Shown: positions 25,431 to 37,326 of the stretch, piece by piece
Layout of the letters: the number at the start of each line of letters is the position of its first letter
How positions within the stretch are numbered: position 1 is the first letter of the stretch
Source of the DNA: Eledone cirrhosa
Taxonomy: Eukaryota
Length of the DNA stretch: 64,000 nt
Direction of reading: 5' to 3'
Assembly (NCBI GenBank): GCA_964016885.1
Contig: OZ024740.1
Coordinates: 104,904,001 to 104,968,000, forward strand
Notes under the pieces: generated by a model
What the model saw: only the letters and a program-made list of their open reading frames with translations
What the model was told of the DNA's origin: nothing
Database searches by the model: none
Made by a program: the position numbers and the translations under genes

Positions 25431-26157
25431 ATCAAAGTTTTATATGCCAATAGCTGTCAGAATAATTCCTTGCTGTTAAGAGTTAGTCAACCTCATAGTC
25501 CCAGTGTGCCGGATGAAAAAAACATGGCCCCAGAGGATTGAAAGGGAGATGTACTGGAACAGCCACTCCAATATATTATTAAATCCCTCATAATTCTGGA
25601 ATTTTTTCGAAATTCATAGGTAGTGTCTTTTATTAGAAATATGGTAATGACTGGGTTAATAATGAGAAAGTTTACTAAATCCTTCTAAATTCTTGACCAT
25701 ATTCAAAATTATATGAAAATTATAGGCAGTGTCTTTCGTTAGAAATATGGTAATGAAAGGATTAAAGACGTAGGCAGTGTTTTTTTATTAAAGATATCAT
25801 AATGAATGAGTTAAAGATGTAAGCAGTGTCTTTCATTAAAAATATGGTAATGAAAGGGTTAAAGACGTAAGCAGTGTCCTTTATTAAAAATATGGTAATG
25901 AAAGAGTAAACAGCTGTTCCTGCAGCAGCTGCTGATGCTGCACTACTTGACTGTGGGACATTACAGTATTGCACTGTTGATTAGATTCTCATTGTCTGGC
26001 ACACTGACACTTCAACCATCTGTGACACACAAACACACACACGTGTGCATACATACACACACATATATATAATTGTACTTACATACATGCACGCAGAGTG
26101 TAGGCAGCTTGAAAATTATCTGAAAACACCCTGTATGTATATATATATATATATATA

Positions 26158-26352
26158 TAAGGAAATGTGGTAAGGAACCAGGTGGACCATAACGCACCAA
26201 AGTACTCAATACTTAGGGTAGTAGAGTGGGTAATAGGAATGAGTAGGACCCCGACGGCTGAGCTCAAGCCGTTTCGACGGCTAATTCTGGACTAAATGTT
26301 CAGAATTAGCCGTCGAAACGGCTTGAGCTCAGCCGTCGGGGTCCTACTCGTT

Positions 26353-26357
<5 letters not shown>
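26158..26357. mobile_element. Penelope pLTR-derived fold-back element (family A) between (TA)n runs; both arms carry a hammerhead 3' half
   Basis: Inverted arms ..CCGTC-GAAA-CGGCTTGAGCTCAGCCG-TC-GGGGTC; same family as the full ribozyme at 32931-33025. Confidence 0.8.
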
Positions 26358-26396
<39 letters not shown>

Positions 26397-26554
26397 TATC
26401 TGTGTATGTGTGTATGTGTTTGAGTAATGTGTGTGTATGCGTGCATATATATATATATATATAGATATATATATATAAATAAATATACACGGGTGTGTAT
26501 GATTGTGTATAGAAGGAATTTCAACTTTGTCTGATTTACTCGTTTTATTTAACA

Positions 26555-26836
26555 ATCCTTTAAAATTATAATGGTTTTAGAATGAAATAGTATGGTAGAA
26601 TATTAAATATTAAATGTTAAGTGTTAATTGAACAAGTACTTTCATGCTTTCGCAATCTTCAGGTTCATATTCTGTAGAGACAGTCAATTTGCAATTTTCA
26701 AAATTGCAAACTTGACTGTCACCACAGAATATGAACCTGAAGATTGCGAAAGCATGAAAGTACTTGTTCAATTAACACTTAACATTTAATATTCTACCAT
26801 ACTATTTCATTCTAAAACCATTATAATTTTAAAGGA
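26555..26836. repeat. ~280-bp near-perfect palindrome containing two divergent hammerheads
   Basis: Centre GCAATTTT-C-AAAATTGC at ~26699; arms match out to TCCTTTAAAATTATAATGG / CCATTATAATTTTAAAGGA. Confidence 0.92.
26732..26770 (+). ncRNA. Minimal type I hammerhead ribozyme (mirror copy on - strand at 26629-26667)
   Basis: Stem I TGAAC/GTTCA; core CTGAAGA; stem II TGC-GAAA-GCA with T.T at its base; GAAA; palindromic stem III AGTACT; cleavage triplet CUU. Confidence 0.7.
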
Positions 26837-27004
26837 GTGAAATTTAAGTAAGTAAGCTAATTACTATAATTTTCTTATTTTACGTTTTTCATATAATTGT
26901 TCTGCATCCCCTTGCATAGAACCACAAAGTTACTAAGACAAAACCTATATATTTGCTTGCATAGGTATACATCTGTGTATATATGTTGGTAGATATACTA
27001 ATTC

Positions 27005-27088
<84 letters not shown>

Positions 27089-27127
27089 TACATATACACA
27101 TATATATACATATATATATATATATAC

Positions 27128-27183
<56 letters not shown>

Positions 27184-27223
27184 TCATCATCATCATTTTA
27201 CGTCCGCTTTTCCCTGCTTGCAG

Positions 27224-27261
<38 letters not shown>

Positions 27262-27263
<2 letters not shown>

Positions 27264-28537
27264 CATCATCATCATCATCATCACCGTTTTACGTCCGTTC
27301 TTCCACGCTAGCATGGGTTAGACGGGTTGTCCTGTTGTGGGCAGTGTCTGGTCGGCTGACCATGCCTTGCTCATACAGGAACTGATCTGGCTTGATTTCT
27401 ACAGCTGGATGCCCTTCCTAACACCAACCTCATTTACAGTGAGTGCTGGGTGCTTTTTCGTGGCGCCTACACGTCCACTTTACAGTGTGGGCTGGGTGCT
27501 TTTTTGCCGTGGCACCTCCACGACCACCTTGCGGTGGGGGGGGGGGGGGCATATTGTTTATATGCTTCAGCATGTACCCATGGGAGGTCGGGTACCCTGT
27601 ATTACTGCGTGACGCCAGAAGTCACGGTCGTGTGTCATTGACTTTGAGAGGTGTAGTTGGGTAAGGTCGGCTTTTATCACCTCATCCCAAGTCATCTTGG
27701 GTCTCCCCACTCCGCGGTTTCCATCAACTTCTAGTGCTCTGCACCTTTTTATGCAGCTGTCATCCTTCATACGCATCACATGTCCATACCAGCGTAACCG
27801 CCTCTCCTGCACGCAGCATTTGATTCCTCTTATGCTCAGTCTCTCTCTCAATTCATTTATGCTTTGTCGTTCACGTATATTACTGTTACACATCCATCGG
27901 AGCATGCAGGCTTCGTTTCTCTCTAATCTACGTAAGTCTTCCACCTTCAGCGCCCAGGTCTCACTACCATGCAACATCGCTGTTTGGATACACGCATCAT
28001 ACAGTCTGCCTTTCATTCTGAGGGAGAAGCCTTTTGCAGCTAGCAGTGGTAGTAGTTCCCTAAACTTCTTCCATCCCGTTCTTACCCTAGTTATTGTACT
28101 TTCTGAGCACCCACCTCCGTTGCTAATTCGGTCACCTAGGTAGCAGAAGCTGTCTACTGTTTCTACAGGGCCCTCCCAGAGATTGGTGGTACTTGTTTCC
28201 TGTGGCTGTTTGCTTGCTGTTTCAGCACAGCTGCTGCATGTGAATCCTACATTCTTAATTAAGCTTCCTGAGATCCCGCTACATCTCTTGTGTACCCATT
28301 GTTTGCATTTGGGGCAAAGAATGGAGTTCCTACCTACACCTTTCCTACATACTGAGCAAGGCCATTTCCCTGAGGGGATCTGGGTTCTGTTTTCTCGTCT
28401 ACTTATAAGGACCTTAGTCTTTGTCATGTTGACTTTGAGGCCCTTTCTCTCTAGTCCCTGCTTCCAGGTTTGGAATTTATTCTCTAGTTCTACCATAGAT
28501 TCAGCTATGAGTGCGAGGTCATCAGCATACAGGAGTT
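27262..28537 (-). mobile_element. RTE LINE 3' fragment with 3' UTR and (GAT)n tail
   Basis: LLYADD at the 5' truncation point, PHD-like Cys cluster, GWKKFRELLPLL, RRLRWYGHVMR; 5' end abuts (TA)n. Confidence 0.92.
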
Positions 28538-28690
28538 ATATATATATATATATTAGAAAGTGAGGTTTCTTTTACAAAATGAAAAATAACCGAGGTGTCC
28601 TACACGAGTGAAAGTATAAAGAAAAAGAGATGAAATCGAAAATGCAACTGAAGTCTTATTTTTTTTTAAAATATATATATTTATTTGGTT

Positions 28691-28728
28691 CCTTTACCGG
28701 TTTCGCAGTTCTTCTGCTTTTCAAAAGG
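28691..28728 (-). ncRNA. Minimal type I hammerhead ribozyme, U3-A8 core variant
   Basis: Minus strand CCTT-TTGAAAA-GCAG-AAGAA-CTGC-GAAA-CCGG-TA-AAGG: all three stems pair perfectly, stem III palindromic (ACCGGT), GUA cleavage triplet. Confidence 0.85.
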
Positions 28729-29244
28729 TGAGTTGAGATGGAGGGTCTGTGGTTTTTCTCACATCTAGTTGGTCTCTGAATGTTACTTGTTTTATATGGA
28801 AAAAGTGGCTCGAAATTCCAGGTTTTTCGAGAAGTAATTTGATTGGTTTGTCAATAATTATAATAAATTTCGCGCCAGTTCGCGTTACAATAGTTCTTCA
28901 AATAAGAGAGGGGGGGGTTGTCACAGGTTGTTTTTTCATATATGAGTGTTTGAATTTCTTTTTACTTGAAAAAAGGAGGCTCACGAAGGCTTTTTTTTGG
29001 TTGGTTATAAATGAAATTTGGCTGTCACGTGAACAAGTTTTCATTACATTTTTGCGCCCTTATTTGGAAAACTATTCTGTAGTCTTTATAGTGAATGTTA
29101 TGACAATGGAGAGATAGTGGTCAAGAGAAAAGGGATTGGGAGAAATGTTCTGGTTCAGTGAATATGGCCAGCTCGCCGGGGTGTCATAGTTCAGATTTTC
29201 TATTGAGACTGAAGATATGTATGTTTATTTGTGTGCTTGTGTGT

Positions 29245-29287
<43 letters not shown>

Positions 29288-29766
29288 TATTGGAAGATGA
29301 TTCTATTAGTAGAGATGGGGGAGGGAGTTGTGTGTGTGTGTATATGAGTGTTATGTGTGTGTGTGCGAGTATGTTAAGATGGAGAGAATATATATTTTGT
29401 GTGTGTGTATATATATATATGTGTGTAGGAAAGTGGTTCTATTAGTAGAAATGGGGAGGGAGTTGTAGGTGTGGGGGTTGTTATGTGTGTGTATGGGTGT
29501 TATGTGTGTGGGAGTATGGTTAGCATGTTAAGATGAAGAGAATATATATATATATTGTGTGTGTGTGTATGTGTGTGTGTAGGAAAGTGATTCCTTTAGT
29601 AGGAATATTTTTGAATGAACATATTTTCCTTACTTTTTCGTGTTTGCTGTTGTATTGCCAGTGCAAACGTATGTTAAGGTTTATTTAGTTCGGGTTTTTA
29701 TTTTCTAAAGTAGAAGGTGTTATGTGTGTGTGTGTATGTTATATTGTGGTGTTAACATAATGTATA

Positions 29767-30260
29767 TTAAACCTTATTTAATGTTGGTCTATATTTTTGA
29801 ATAAACATATTTTCCTTATTTATTCGCATTTGTTCTGTTGTATTGTTAGCGCAAAGGTAAAATGGGAAGACTTGGAATTTGGGTGTCTTATTACTTGCGC
29901 AAATGTCTAGATGTGCACTTAGTGGTATCTGTCTCGTGGTTGGATCTCGTGATTGTTGGCGATGAACTGTCATTCTGTTTCTGAGTATGAGTTTAGTTTG
30001 TCCTATATAATCTTCATTGCATCCTTTACATTTAATGGCATAAAGTAGAATTTTTGATGAGCAAGTGAAGTGATTTTTTACAGTAAAATTTTGTCCTGAT
30101 TTAAATGTATACGTGTTGCCTTCAATGAGGTGAGTGCAGGTTCCACAATTAGAGCAACCACATTTTTTGATACTTGGTTGTGGGTTTGTGGTAGGTAATT
30201 TGGCATTGGTGAGTAATGTTTTCAGTGATTTTGGTTGTCTTTTGCTTTTGATTATTTTGT
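29767..30260 (-). pseudogene. PLE C-terminal zinc-finger linker + GIY-YIG endonuclease fragment
   Basis: LLY..CxxC..YIGQT..R...H and terminal E...LN motifs; the ORF track shows only its last 68 aa. Confidence 0.85.
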
Positions 30261-30262
30261 GT

Positions 30263-30297
<35 letters not shown>

Positions 30298-30299
30298 GA

Positions 30300-30682
30300 A
30301 GGCACATGGCTTAATGGCTAGAGCTTGCAATCGAAAGGTTGTGAGTTCAATTCTCAGACCGAGTGATGTGTTGTTTCCTTGAGCAAGACACTTTATTTCA
30401 CATTGCTCCAGTTCACTCAGCTGTAGAAATGAGATGATAGGGACTGGGTCCCCTATCATTCCATCGCAAAGTGGTCGTGGAGGTGCCACGGCAAAAAAAG
30501 CACCCAGCCCACATTGTAAAGTGGACGTGTTGGCACCACGGAAAAAAGCACCCAGCACTCACTGTAAATGAGGTTGGTGTTAGGAAGGGCATCCAGCTGT
30601 AGAAATCAAGCCAGAATCAGTTCTCATCCCACCCTTGCAAGCAGGGAAAAGCGGGCGTAAAATGAAATGATGAATGAATGAT
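30300..30682 (+). mobile_element. Near full-length CORE-type tRNA SINE with RTE-like tail
   Basis: GGCACATGGCTTAATGG, GTGAGTTCAATTCTC, CCTTGAGCAAGACACTTTATTTCAC, tail GGTGTTAGGAAGGGCATCCAGC...GGCGTAAAATG. Confidence 0.87.
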
Positions 30683-30743
30683 ATATATATATATATAAGA
30701 GCAAAAATGAGGAAGTTTCATTTACATATATATAAGTATGGGT

Positions 30744-30814
30744 GGTCTGTTGGTATAATATTAACACATTGGTCTGACAAACCAAAGTTCTGGGTTCGTG
30801 CCCCATGTAAGTCA
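30744..30814 (+). pseudogene. tRNA-like sequence, anticodon GAC (Val), probable tRNA pseudogene or SINE head
   Basis: A-box-like TGGTATAAT; anticodon arm TTGGT-CTGACAA-ACCAA; T arm TGGG-TTCGTGC-CCCA; poorly paired acceptor stem; T-run just downstream. Confidence 0.5.
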
Positions 30815-30971
30815 ATAGTCATCTTTTTTTCCATTTAGAGAGTTTTTTTTAAATCCCAGCTAACAGACTAATTCTATGTAGTCAAATACTGCGTAAGCAC
30901 ATGTTACTACCTAATTTTCAAATTCGCTAGCTGTTTGTAAACAAAGCCTGCTTTGTGTCTCCCTATTTATT

Positions 30972-31110
<139 letters not shown>

Positions 31111-31127
31111 CTCTGAAATCATTAGAC

Positions 31128-31215
31128 GTGTCCGTCGAACCTGCGGGTCCAGAATCAGACAGATCCACACAATGATCGCATCTCAAGCTGTCCGCCGGTG
31201 AAACAATTGTAACAC
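31128..31215 (+). ncRNA. Hammerhead fold with non-canonical core (probably inactive)
   Basis: GTGT-CCGTCGA-ACCTGCGG...CCGCCGGT-GAAA-CAATTG-TA-ACAC; stems I, II and palindromic III pair, but the core differs from CUGANGA at two positions. Confidence 0.55.
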
Positions 31216-31599
31216 ACAATAAATTGAGTTCAGATGCATCACTGATTTTTCGTTTTCTATTATATATCTATCTATATATATATATAGTTGTTTTATAGTA
31301 AGGTGTATTATTGGTTGTGCAAAACGGTCCAATAAATTTTTGTTAGCAATATTAAGTTCTCCACGCTTTAGTATATCTCCAATTCCATTCAAGGGAACAG
31401 CTAGATGATGTAAAATGGAGTATTAGTATCAAAATGAAAATCCAAAGGCAAGGTAAAACTTTCAATCATTTTAATCACGACACATGTTTCAATAAGAGAT
31501 AGATCGAGCGTGAAGCCATGATCAATTATCACTGATTTCATCAGGTGAAAATGAATTGTCTTCAAATTCTTGAAATGAGGGAGAAAATTAGCAATGTTC

Positions 31600-33115
31600 A
31601 CTCACAGAGTTTATTCCCTCATATGGAATAAATAGCTGAACTTTTCAAGGGGTAATTCCTTATATGGGAATATTGTAGTTGTCAAAAGGATTGGTCAAAA
31701 TTTCTTGTAAACACAATTAAATCTTTCATGGCAGTGGGTGGGGGTGTGTGGCTGAACTTGCCTGTAGAACAATGAGGGAGTGGGTGGAGCTGGTCAAGTA
31801 TTGAATGTTAATTCTATACAGCAAATTCTAAGGAGTGTGTATAAATTAGGCTAGTTAGGAAGCAGGCAAAGAAGTATACTGAGAGTGGGACGTTATAGAA
31901 TTAAAGGTTAAGTTGAGATTAAAAGATATTAAATAAAAAAATAATAAATTAAATAAAAAAAATATAAATATAAAAAAATATAAATATAAAAAAATATAAA
32001 TATTAAAAAAAAATAAAAATAATAAAATTAAATAGTAAAATTAAATAGTAATAAAAAATTTCTAGAGTCTAAAGCAGTTGCTATATTTTTAGTTGGTATT
32101 GCGTTTTCGGCCAATGCTATATATAATTTACTGGGGTGGGGGTACTGAGGCTACAGAAGTCCGATGGGCTGCCTTGGGGTGGCAAAAGAGGAAAAAGGAA
32201 AAGGAAGAGGAGAAGGAGTGGGAGGAAGTGATATGAAGAGATAATGGGAAGAAGAAAAGAAAAAGAAAAGGAAAGAAGTACATCTACATATGTATGCTGG
32301 GGTTTCCCCTATCTTGTTCGGCAAGTGGAGAAAAGAAGGATGTTGCAGCCATTGTCTCCCCACCCAGGTCACGAGGGGGTTTGAGGGCGAGGTAAGTCCT
32401 ACGCAATCGGTGTTTACATGCAGTTAAAAGTTCGTCTTTTTTGTTTAGGAGTTAGTCCTTCATAAACAGCATTTGTAATGTTTCCTCCGAGCATAAGTTA
32501 CACGGACGGAGTCCTCCCTGTTTACGAAGGACCAACTCCTAAACGCAATGGCCGAAAACGCAATACCAGCTAAAAATATAGCAACTCCTTTAGACTCTAT
32601 TTTTATTACTTTTACTATTTAATTTTTTTATTTTTTTATTTATTTTTTTTATTATCATTTAATCTCAACTTAACCTTTAATTCTATAACGTCCCATTCTC
32701 AGTATACTTCTTCGCCTGCTTCCTAACTAGCCTAATTTCATACACACTCCTTAGAATTTGCTGTATAGAATTCACTTTCAATGCTTGACCGGCTCCACCC
32801 ACTCCCTCATTGTTCTACAGGCAAGTTCAGCCACCCCACCCCCCACCTACTGCCATGAAAGATTTAATTGTGTTTACAAGAAATGTTGACCAATCCTTTT
32901 GACAACTACAATATTCCCATATAAGGAATTACCTCTTGAAAAGTTTGGTTATTTATTACCACGCTAAACGTTCTAATTTAGTCCAGAAATAACCGTCGAA
33001 ACAGCTTGAGCTCTGCCGTTGGGGTTAAACTTTTTCCTATTACCCACTCTACTAAGTATTGAGTACTCTGGTGCATTATGGTCCATCTGGTTCCTTACTA
33101 CACTTCCTTCGTTAT
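31600..33115. mobile_element. Penelope-like element 3' end (family A) in inverted, divergent arrangement
   Basis: Arms ~31640-32115 and ~32546-32945 are reverse complements; minus strand 32505-32401 translates PCNLCSEETLQMLFMKD*LLNKKDELLTACKHR, resembling a PLE GIY-YIG C-terminus; the right arm continues into a hammerhead. Confidence 0.85.
32931..33025 (+). ncRNA. Type I hammerhead ribozyme, U3-A8 core variant, long stem II (family A)
   Basis: ACCTC-TTGAAAA-G..GGTTATTT...AAATAACC..C-GAAA-CAGCTTGAGCTCTGCCG-TT-GGGGT; other family copies have a GTC triplet and fully paired CGGCT/AGCCG. Confidence 0.7.
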
Positions 33116-33411
33116 ATATATATAGAGAGAGAATTAGAATTGGTGCTCTGAAATAGCGATATATATAAGAATGTATATATAGTGCATTTTGCAATACACT
33201 GTGTGCTTAATTAAAAGCATTTCGAAGACCTTACGCTATTGTTTTAAAGTAGTGACAGTCTCACTTACTTTAAATTTTCAGCAAACAGGGGAGATAAAGC
33301 TGACAGAGCTCTGTTTCATACTTTTTGGTACTTATCAAAGCTAACTACTCCACCTGTTTGCTAAAAATTATATATATATATGTATATATATATATATACA
33401 TATATGTATGT

Positions 33412-35830
33412 ATATCATCATCATCATCATCATCATCATTTTACGTCCGCTCGCAAGGGTGGGACGGGTCTTATTCAACACAGCATCTCTCCACTCGTCA
33501 CTGTCCTTCGTCATCTCCACCGTGAGCTTCACCGATCTCCCGCACACTACAAATTATCCCTCTTATACACAGTTTCTTTCTCAACTCATCTATGCTTGGT
33601 CATTCACACACATTGACATTGCACATCCAACGGAGCATGGTTGCTTCATTTCTCTCCAGCTGTTGCATATCCTCTGCAGTTGCTGAGGAAGCAGCTCCCT
33701 AAACTTCTTCCAACCCGTTCTTATTCTAGATACTATGGTCTCCCTCCCATGCTAATCTGATCATCTAGGTACCGGAAGCGATCAACCACTTCTATAGAAC
33801 CCACCTGCATTTGAAAAATGTGTCTATCAATGCGACTTCTACTGTCCTACTAGTATCTGGAATTCCTCACTAAACTCCATTCCTACTTTTACTTTACTGA
33901 CATAGCTTGCCCTGTCCTCACAAGCCATTCCTCTACACCTAGTTTCCTTAGGGACCACCAGATGACAGATCGGGGTACCCTATCAAAGGCATTCTCTAGG
34001 TCAACAAAAGCTAAGTATAGTGGCTTATTCTTCTCTAAGAACCTATTTTGTAGTTGTCTCACTAAGAAGAGGGCATCTGTTGTACTTTTGCCAGGCACAA
34101 AACCAAACTGCATCTCGTCTAATTTGACCCTTTCTCTAATTAGTTGCGCTAATATTCTCTCTGCCACTTTCATAACCTGATCCATCAGTTTTATGCCCCT
34201 ATAATTGCTCTTCTCCAAAGCATCCCCTTTACCTTTGTAGCAATTTATGAGAATAGTGCTGCACCAGTCTTTGGGTATGACACTGCCATATATAGCTTGA
34301 TTGATGATGCGTGCAACCAGTTTGGTGCCTACTTCTGCTGATGCCTTCAGCATCTCAGCAACTATCCCCGACGGTCAAGCGGCCTTACCATTTTTCATTT
34401 CCTTAATTGCCTCTTGGACCCTATATTCGTCAATCTCATTAGCTGGTCCCTGTCAGGTCTACTGGGGTTAATTTCTCTCTCTCCCATTTGTTCTCCACAT
34501 TCATCATTCACTCATAATGACATTTCCAGGCCTTCTTTTTCTGATCATTCGTGACACTAAGTACACCAATATCATTCCAGACACACTTATCTCCAACAAC
34601 ATCCTGATTTACACTGACACACTGCCTTGCAATGTGGAACACCGCACGTCTCTGATCTTCCTGTCACAGAATATTGGCAAACCTCCTGCTCTCAGCCTCC
34701 CTGCGTGCTAAGTACACCTGACATCTAGCTTCTCTCTTAGCAGCTGTGTATTGGTCTCTACTCCCACCCTTTTTCCAAGCGTTCCATGCTAGTCTTTTGT
34801 CTCTAATGGCCTTATCTACTGTGCTGATCCACCACCAGGTCACTCTCTGTCTGGTTGGAGCTCTGCTCCAGCTACAAGTTTCATCAGTAGCCTGAAGCAA
34901 GTTGTCATGTAAGAAATTCCAGTTATTATCTATGCCATACGTCTCTAAATCGTCTTCTTTTCGTCATATACATCTTGAAGGGCTTTCCTAAATTTTGTAT
35001 TTTAGTGAAAGGTATTTTAGCTTCCAGACCTTTCTTCTCCACACCTTCCTGTGTGGCTCATTCCATCTCTTGCTTACTGAGATATCACTAACGACTAACC
35101 TATGCTGTGGGGTACATTCTTCCCAAGGGTATGCCTTGGTATTAGCCACTATCTGCCTGTCCCGCTGCATAACTAGTAAGAAGTCAATCTGACTTATGTG
35201 CTCGCCAGATTTGTAGGTTATTAGGTGATTGGCAGGTTTCTGGAAGTTTGTTTTGCAAATAGTCAGTGTACTTGCATCACAAAATTCAAGAAGTCTCACT
35301 CCTTCATTTCTTGAGCCGTAACCGTGCTCACAATGTACCCCAGTGTAACCATCCTGGAGCTGTCCAACATGACCATTGAAGTCCCCTGCTAGCATAACGA
35401 TGTCCTCTGTCATTGCAGTTGTTTGTAAAAGTTGCTTGTAAAAGCAGTCTTTCTCATCTTTGCCTAGGCCTGCTTGGGGAGCATAGGCAGAGATGATTGT
35501 CAGTAGTTTCCTGCCTACAACTAATCTAAGCTTAATTATTCGATTGCTAACTCGAACTACCTCTATTGTCTTATTGATCCATCTCTCAGCCAGGAAAATG
35601 CCTACTCCCCCTAACCCATCATCTTTACCTAGCCAGAAAAGCTTATAGCTAAGATGTTTGCCTACGACTAGTCTCGCAGAGGCACCTCTCCATCTCACCT
35701 CTTGCACGCAGCACACATCCACATGCCTTCTCTCCAGCATCTCCACTATTTCAGTAGATCTACCTCTGAGAGTGCCAACATTAAGTGTTGCAACTCTGAG
35801 ACGCAAAGTCTTCATATTTTGTTGTTGTTC
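33412..35830 (-). mobile_element. RTE LINE family 2, includes the endonuclease N-terminus; decayed, internally deleted
   Basis: ORF 34988..35815: ATLNVGTL, CCVQEVRW, GVGI, SAYAPQ, GDFNGHVG, SQIDF, PQHRLV; the RT part is the same as in 23268-25097. Confidence 0.92.
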
Positions 35831-36030
35831 CTATTTGTTACTGTGCTGATAATCGTTTTGACATTGATACACTGGTTGGATGCCCTTCCTAACACCAGTG
35901 CTCTTCCTAACACCAGACATATATAGACATATGCAAATATAAATATAATAGGGTTATATTATCGTAAGAGAGGATGGAATGCAGAGATACAAAGAGGTGC
36001 GATACAGAATACTATATGTTTATATATATA

Positions 36031-36083
<53 letters not shown>

Positions 36084-36185
36084 AAGATGTATGGTAGGTC
36101 GTATGTGAATCGCGATGATCACGTCTGACCTACCAAATATGTGACGGTAGCTAGTTAAGCTCTATGCGTATAAGCAGAGCAGAAA

Positions 36186-36772
36186 TATTAGTGAAAAAGA
36201 ACAAAGGAACTATTATGACATTATAACAAGTTTATTGCCGACAGCCGTTTCGTCCGACCATATGGTGGAACTTTTCAAGGCATATAACATGTGATTGTAA
36301 GATCATTATTTACATCAACGTATCACTCAAGGCTAGCAGACAGCAGGTAGACCAGCTAGACACATCCCTGTTCAAGGGGCACAACCCCTAACTTATCGAG
36401 TGGTCAGACTTCAAGGGAGTCAACTCTCCAAGCCCATTAAGTCGACTGTGGTAAAATACAAAAAATCCCTCTTTTAATTTACTTTTAATGCGTAAATTAT
36501 ATATTATTTAATCTTTAACCTTCAATCCCTGACCCCGACAACTAATATAAAAGAGCCCCCTTAGAATATAGACTCCAACTATACAAGCGGAGCTGCTGAT
36601 GTATACCACAATTTCAAACTGCTAGCCTTGAGTGATACGTTGATGTAAATAATGATTTTACAATCACATGTTATATGCCTTGAAAAGTCCCACCATATGG
36701 TCGGACGAAACGGCTGTCGGCAATAAACTTGTTATAATGTCATAATAGTTCCTTTGTTCTTTTTCACTAATA
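36186..36772. repeat. Inverted repeat (~155-bp arms, ~280-bp spacer) with two divergent hammerheads
   Basis: 36186-36340 is the reverse complement of 36619-36772; right end abuts (TA)n and a (TA)n run lies ~100 bp to the left. Confidence 0.92.
36676..36722 (+). ncRNA. Type I hammerhead ribozyme, U3-A8 core variant (mirror copy on - strand at 36236-36282)
   Basis: TGCC-TTGAAAA-GTCC-CACCATATGGTC-GGAC-GAAA-CGGCTG-TC-GGCA; GUC triplet. Confidence 0.85.
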
Positions 36773-37063
36773 TATATATATATATATATATGTTTATATA
36801 TATATATGCATATAATATATATATATATATAAATGAAAATAGAGAAATTAATGTAAGCAAAATGCCAACAATAATTCAGACATATAAGTGACTATACCAT
36901 CAAAATGAAAAAATGTTTCATGTAAGATGAGGGAAAAGTAATACAATCTTAACAAATCAAGAAGAAAAACTTTATCCTCAGACTTTGTGTAAGTTGGGGG
37001 AAAAGCAATACAATCTTAATTAAAAATAAAATCAAGAAGAAATACTTAACCGTCAATTTGGGG

Positions 37064-37154
<91 letters not shown>

Positions 37155-37243
37155 CTCATTTTTCGGCCTTTGGGATCTGTGCTGGCTGGCAGATAACAAT
37201 ATATTTTATCGTTCCTGGGTCTTTAGCCCTAGGAAGGGAAAAT

Positions 37244-37326
37244 GCTTCTCTGATGAGCCTTGATTTTCCATTGGAAATCCATTGGGTCTCTAGTGTTTTA
37301 CAAGGCGAAACCGATCGGTAAGAGCC
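37244..37326 (+). ncRNA. Type I hammerhead ribozyme, canonical core
   Basis: (GCT)TCT-CTGATGA-GCCTTG...CAAGGC-GAAA-CCGATCGG-TA-AGA(GC); 6-bp stem II base, palindromic stem III ACCGATCGGT, GUA triplet; lies in a ~360-bp island between two (TA)n runs. Confidence 0.85.

Larger units (their letters stand above)
28555..30263 (-). mobile_element. 5'-truncated Penelope-like element (Neptune-type Cys-rich linker + GIY-YIG, long 3' region, hammerhead)
   Basis: Minus-strand frame reads KRQPKSLKTLLT...CGCSNCGTC...FTCSSKILLYAIKCKGCNEDYIGQT...RMTVH...KENMFIQKYRPTLN*; hammerhead at 28691-28728; both ends abut (TA)n. Confidence 0.88.
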
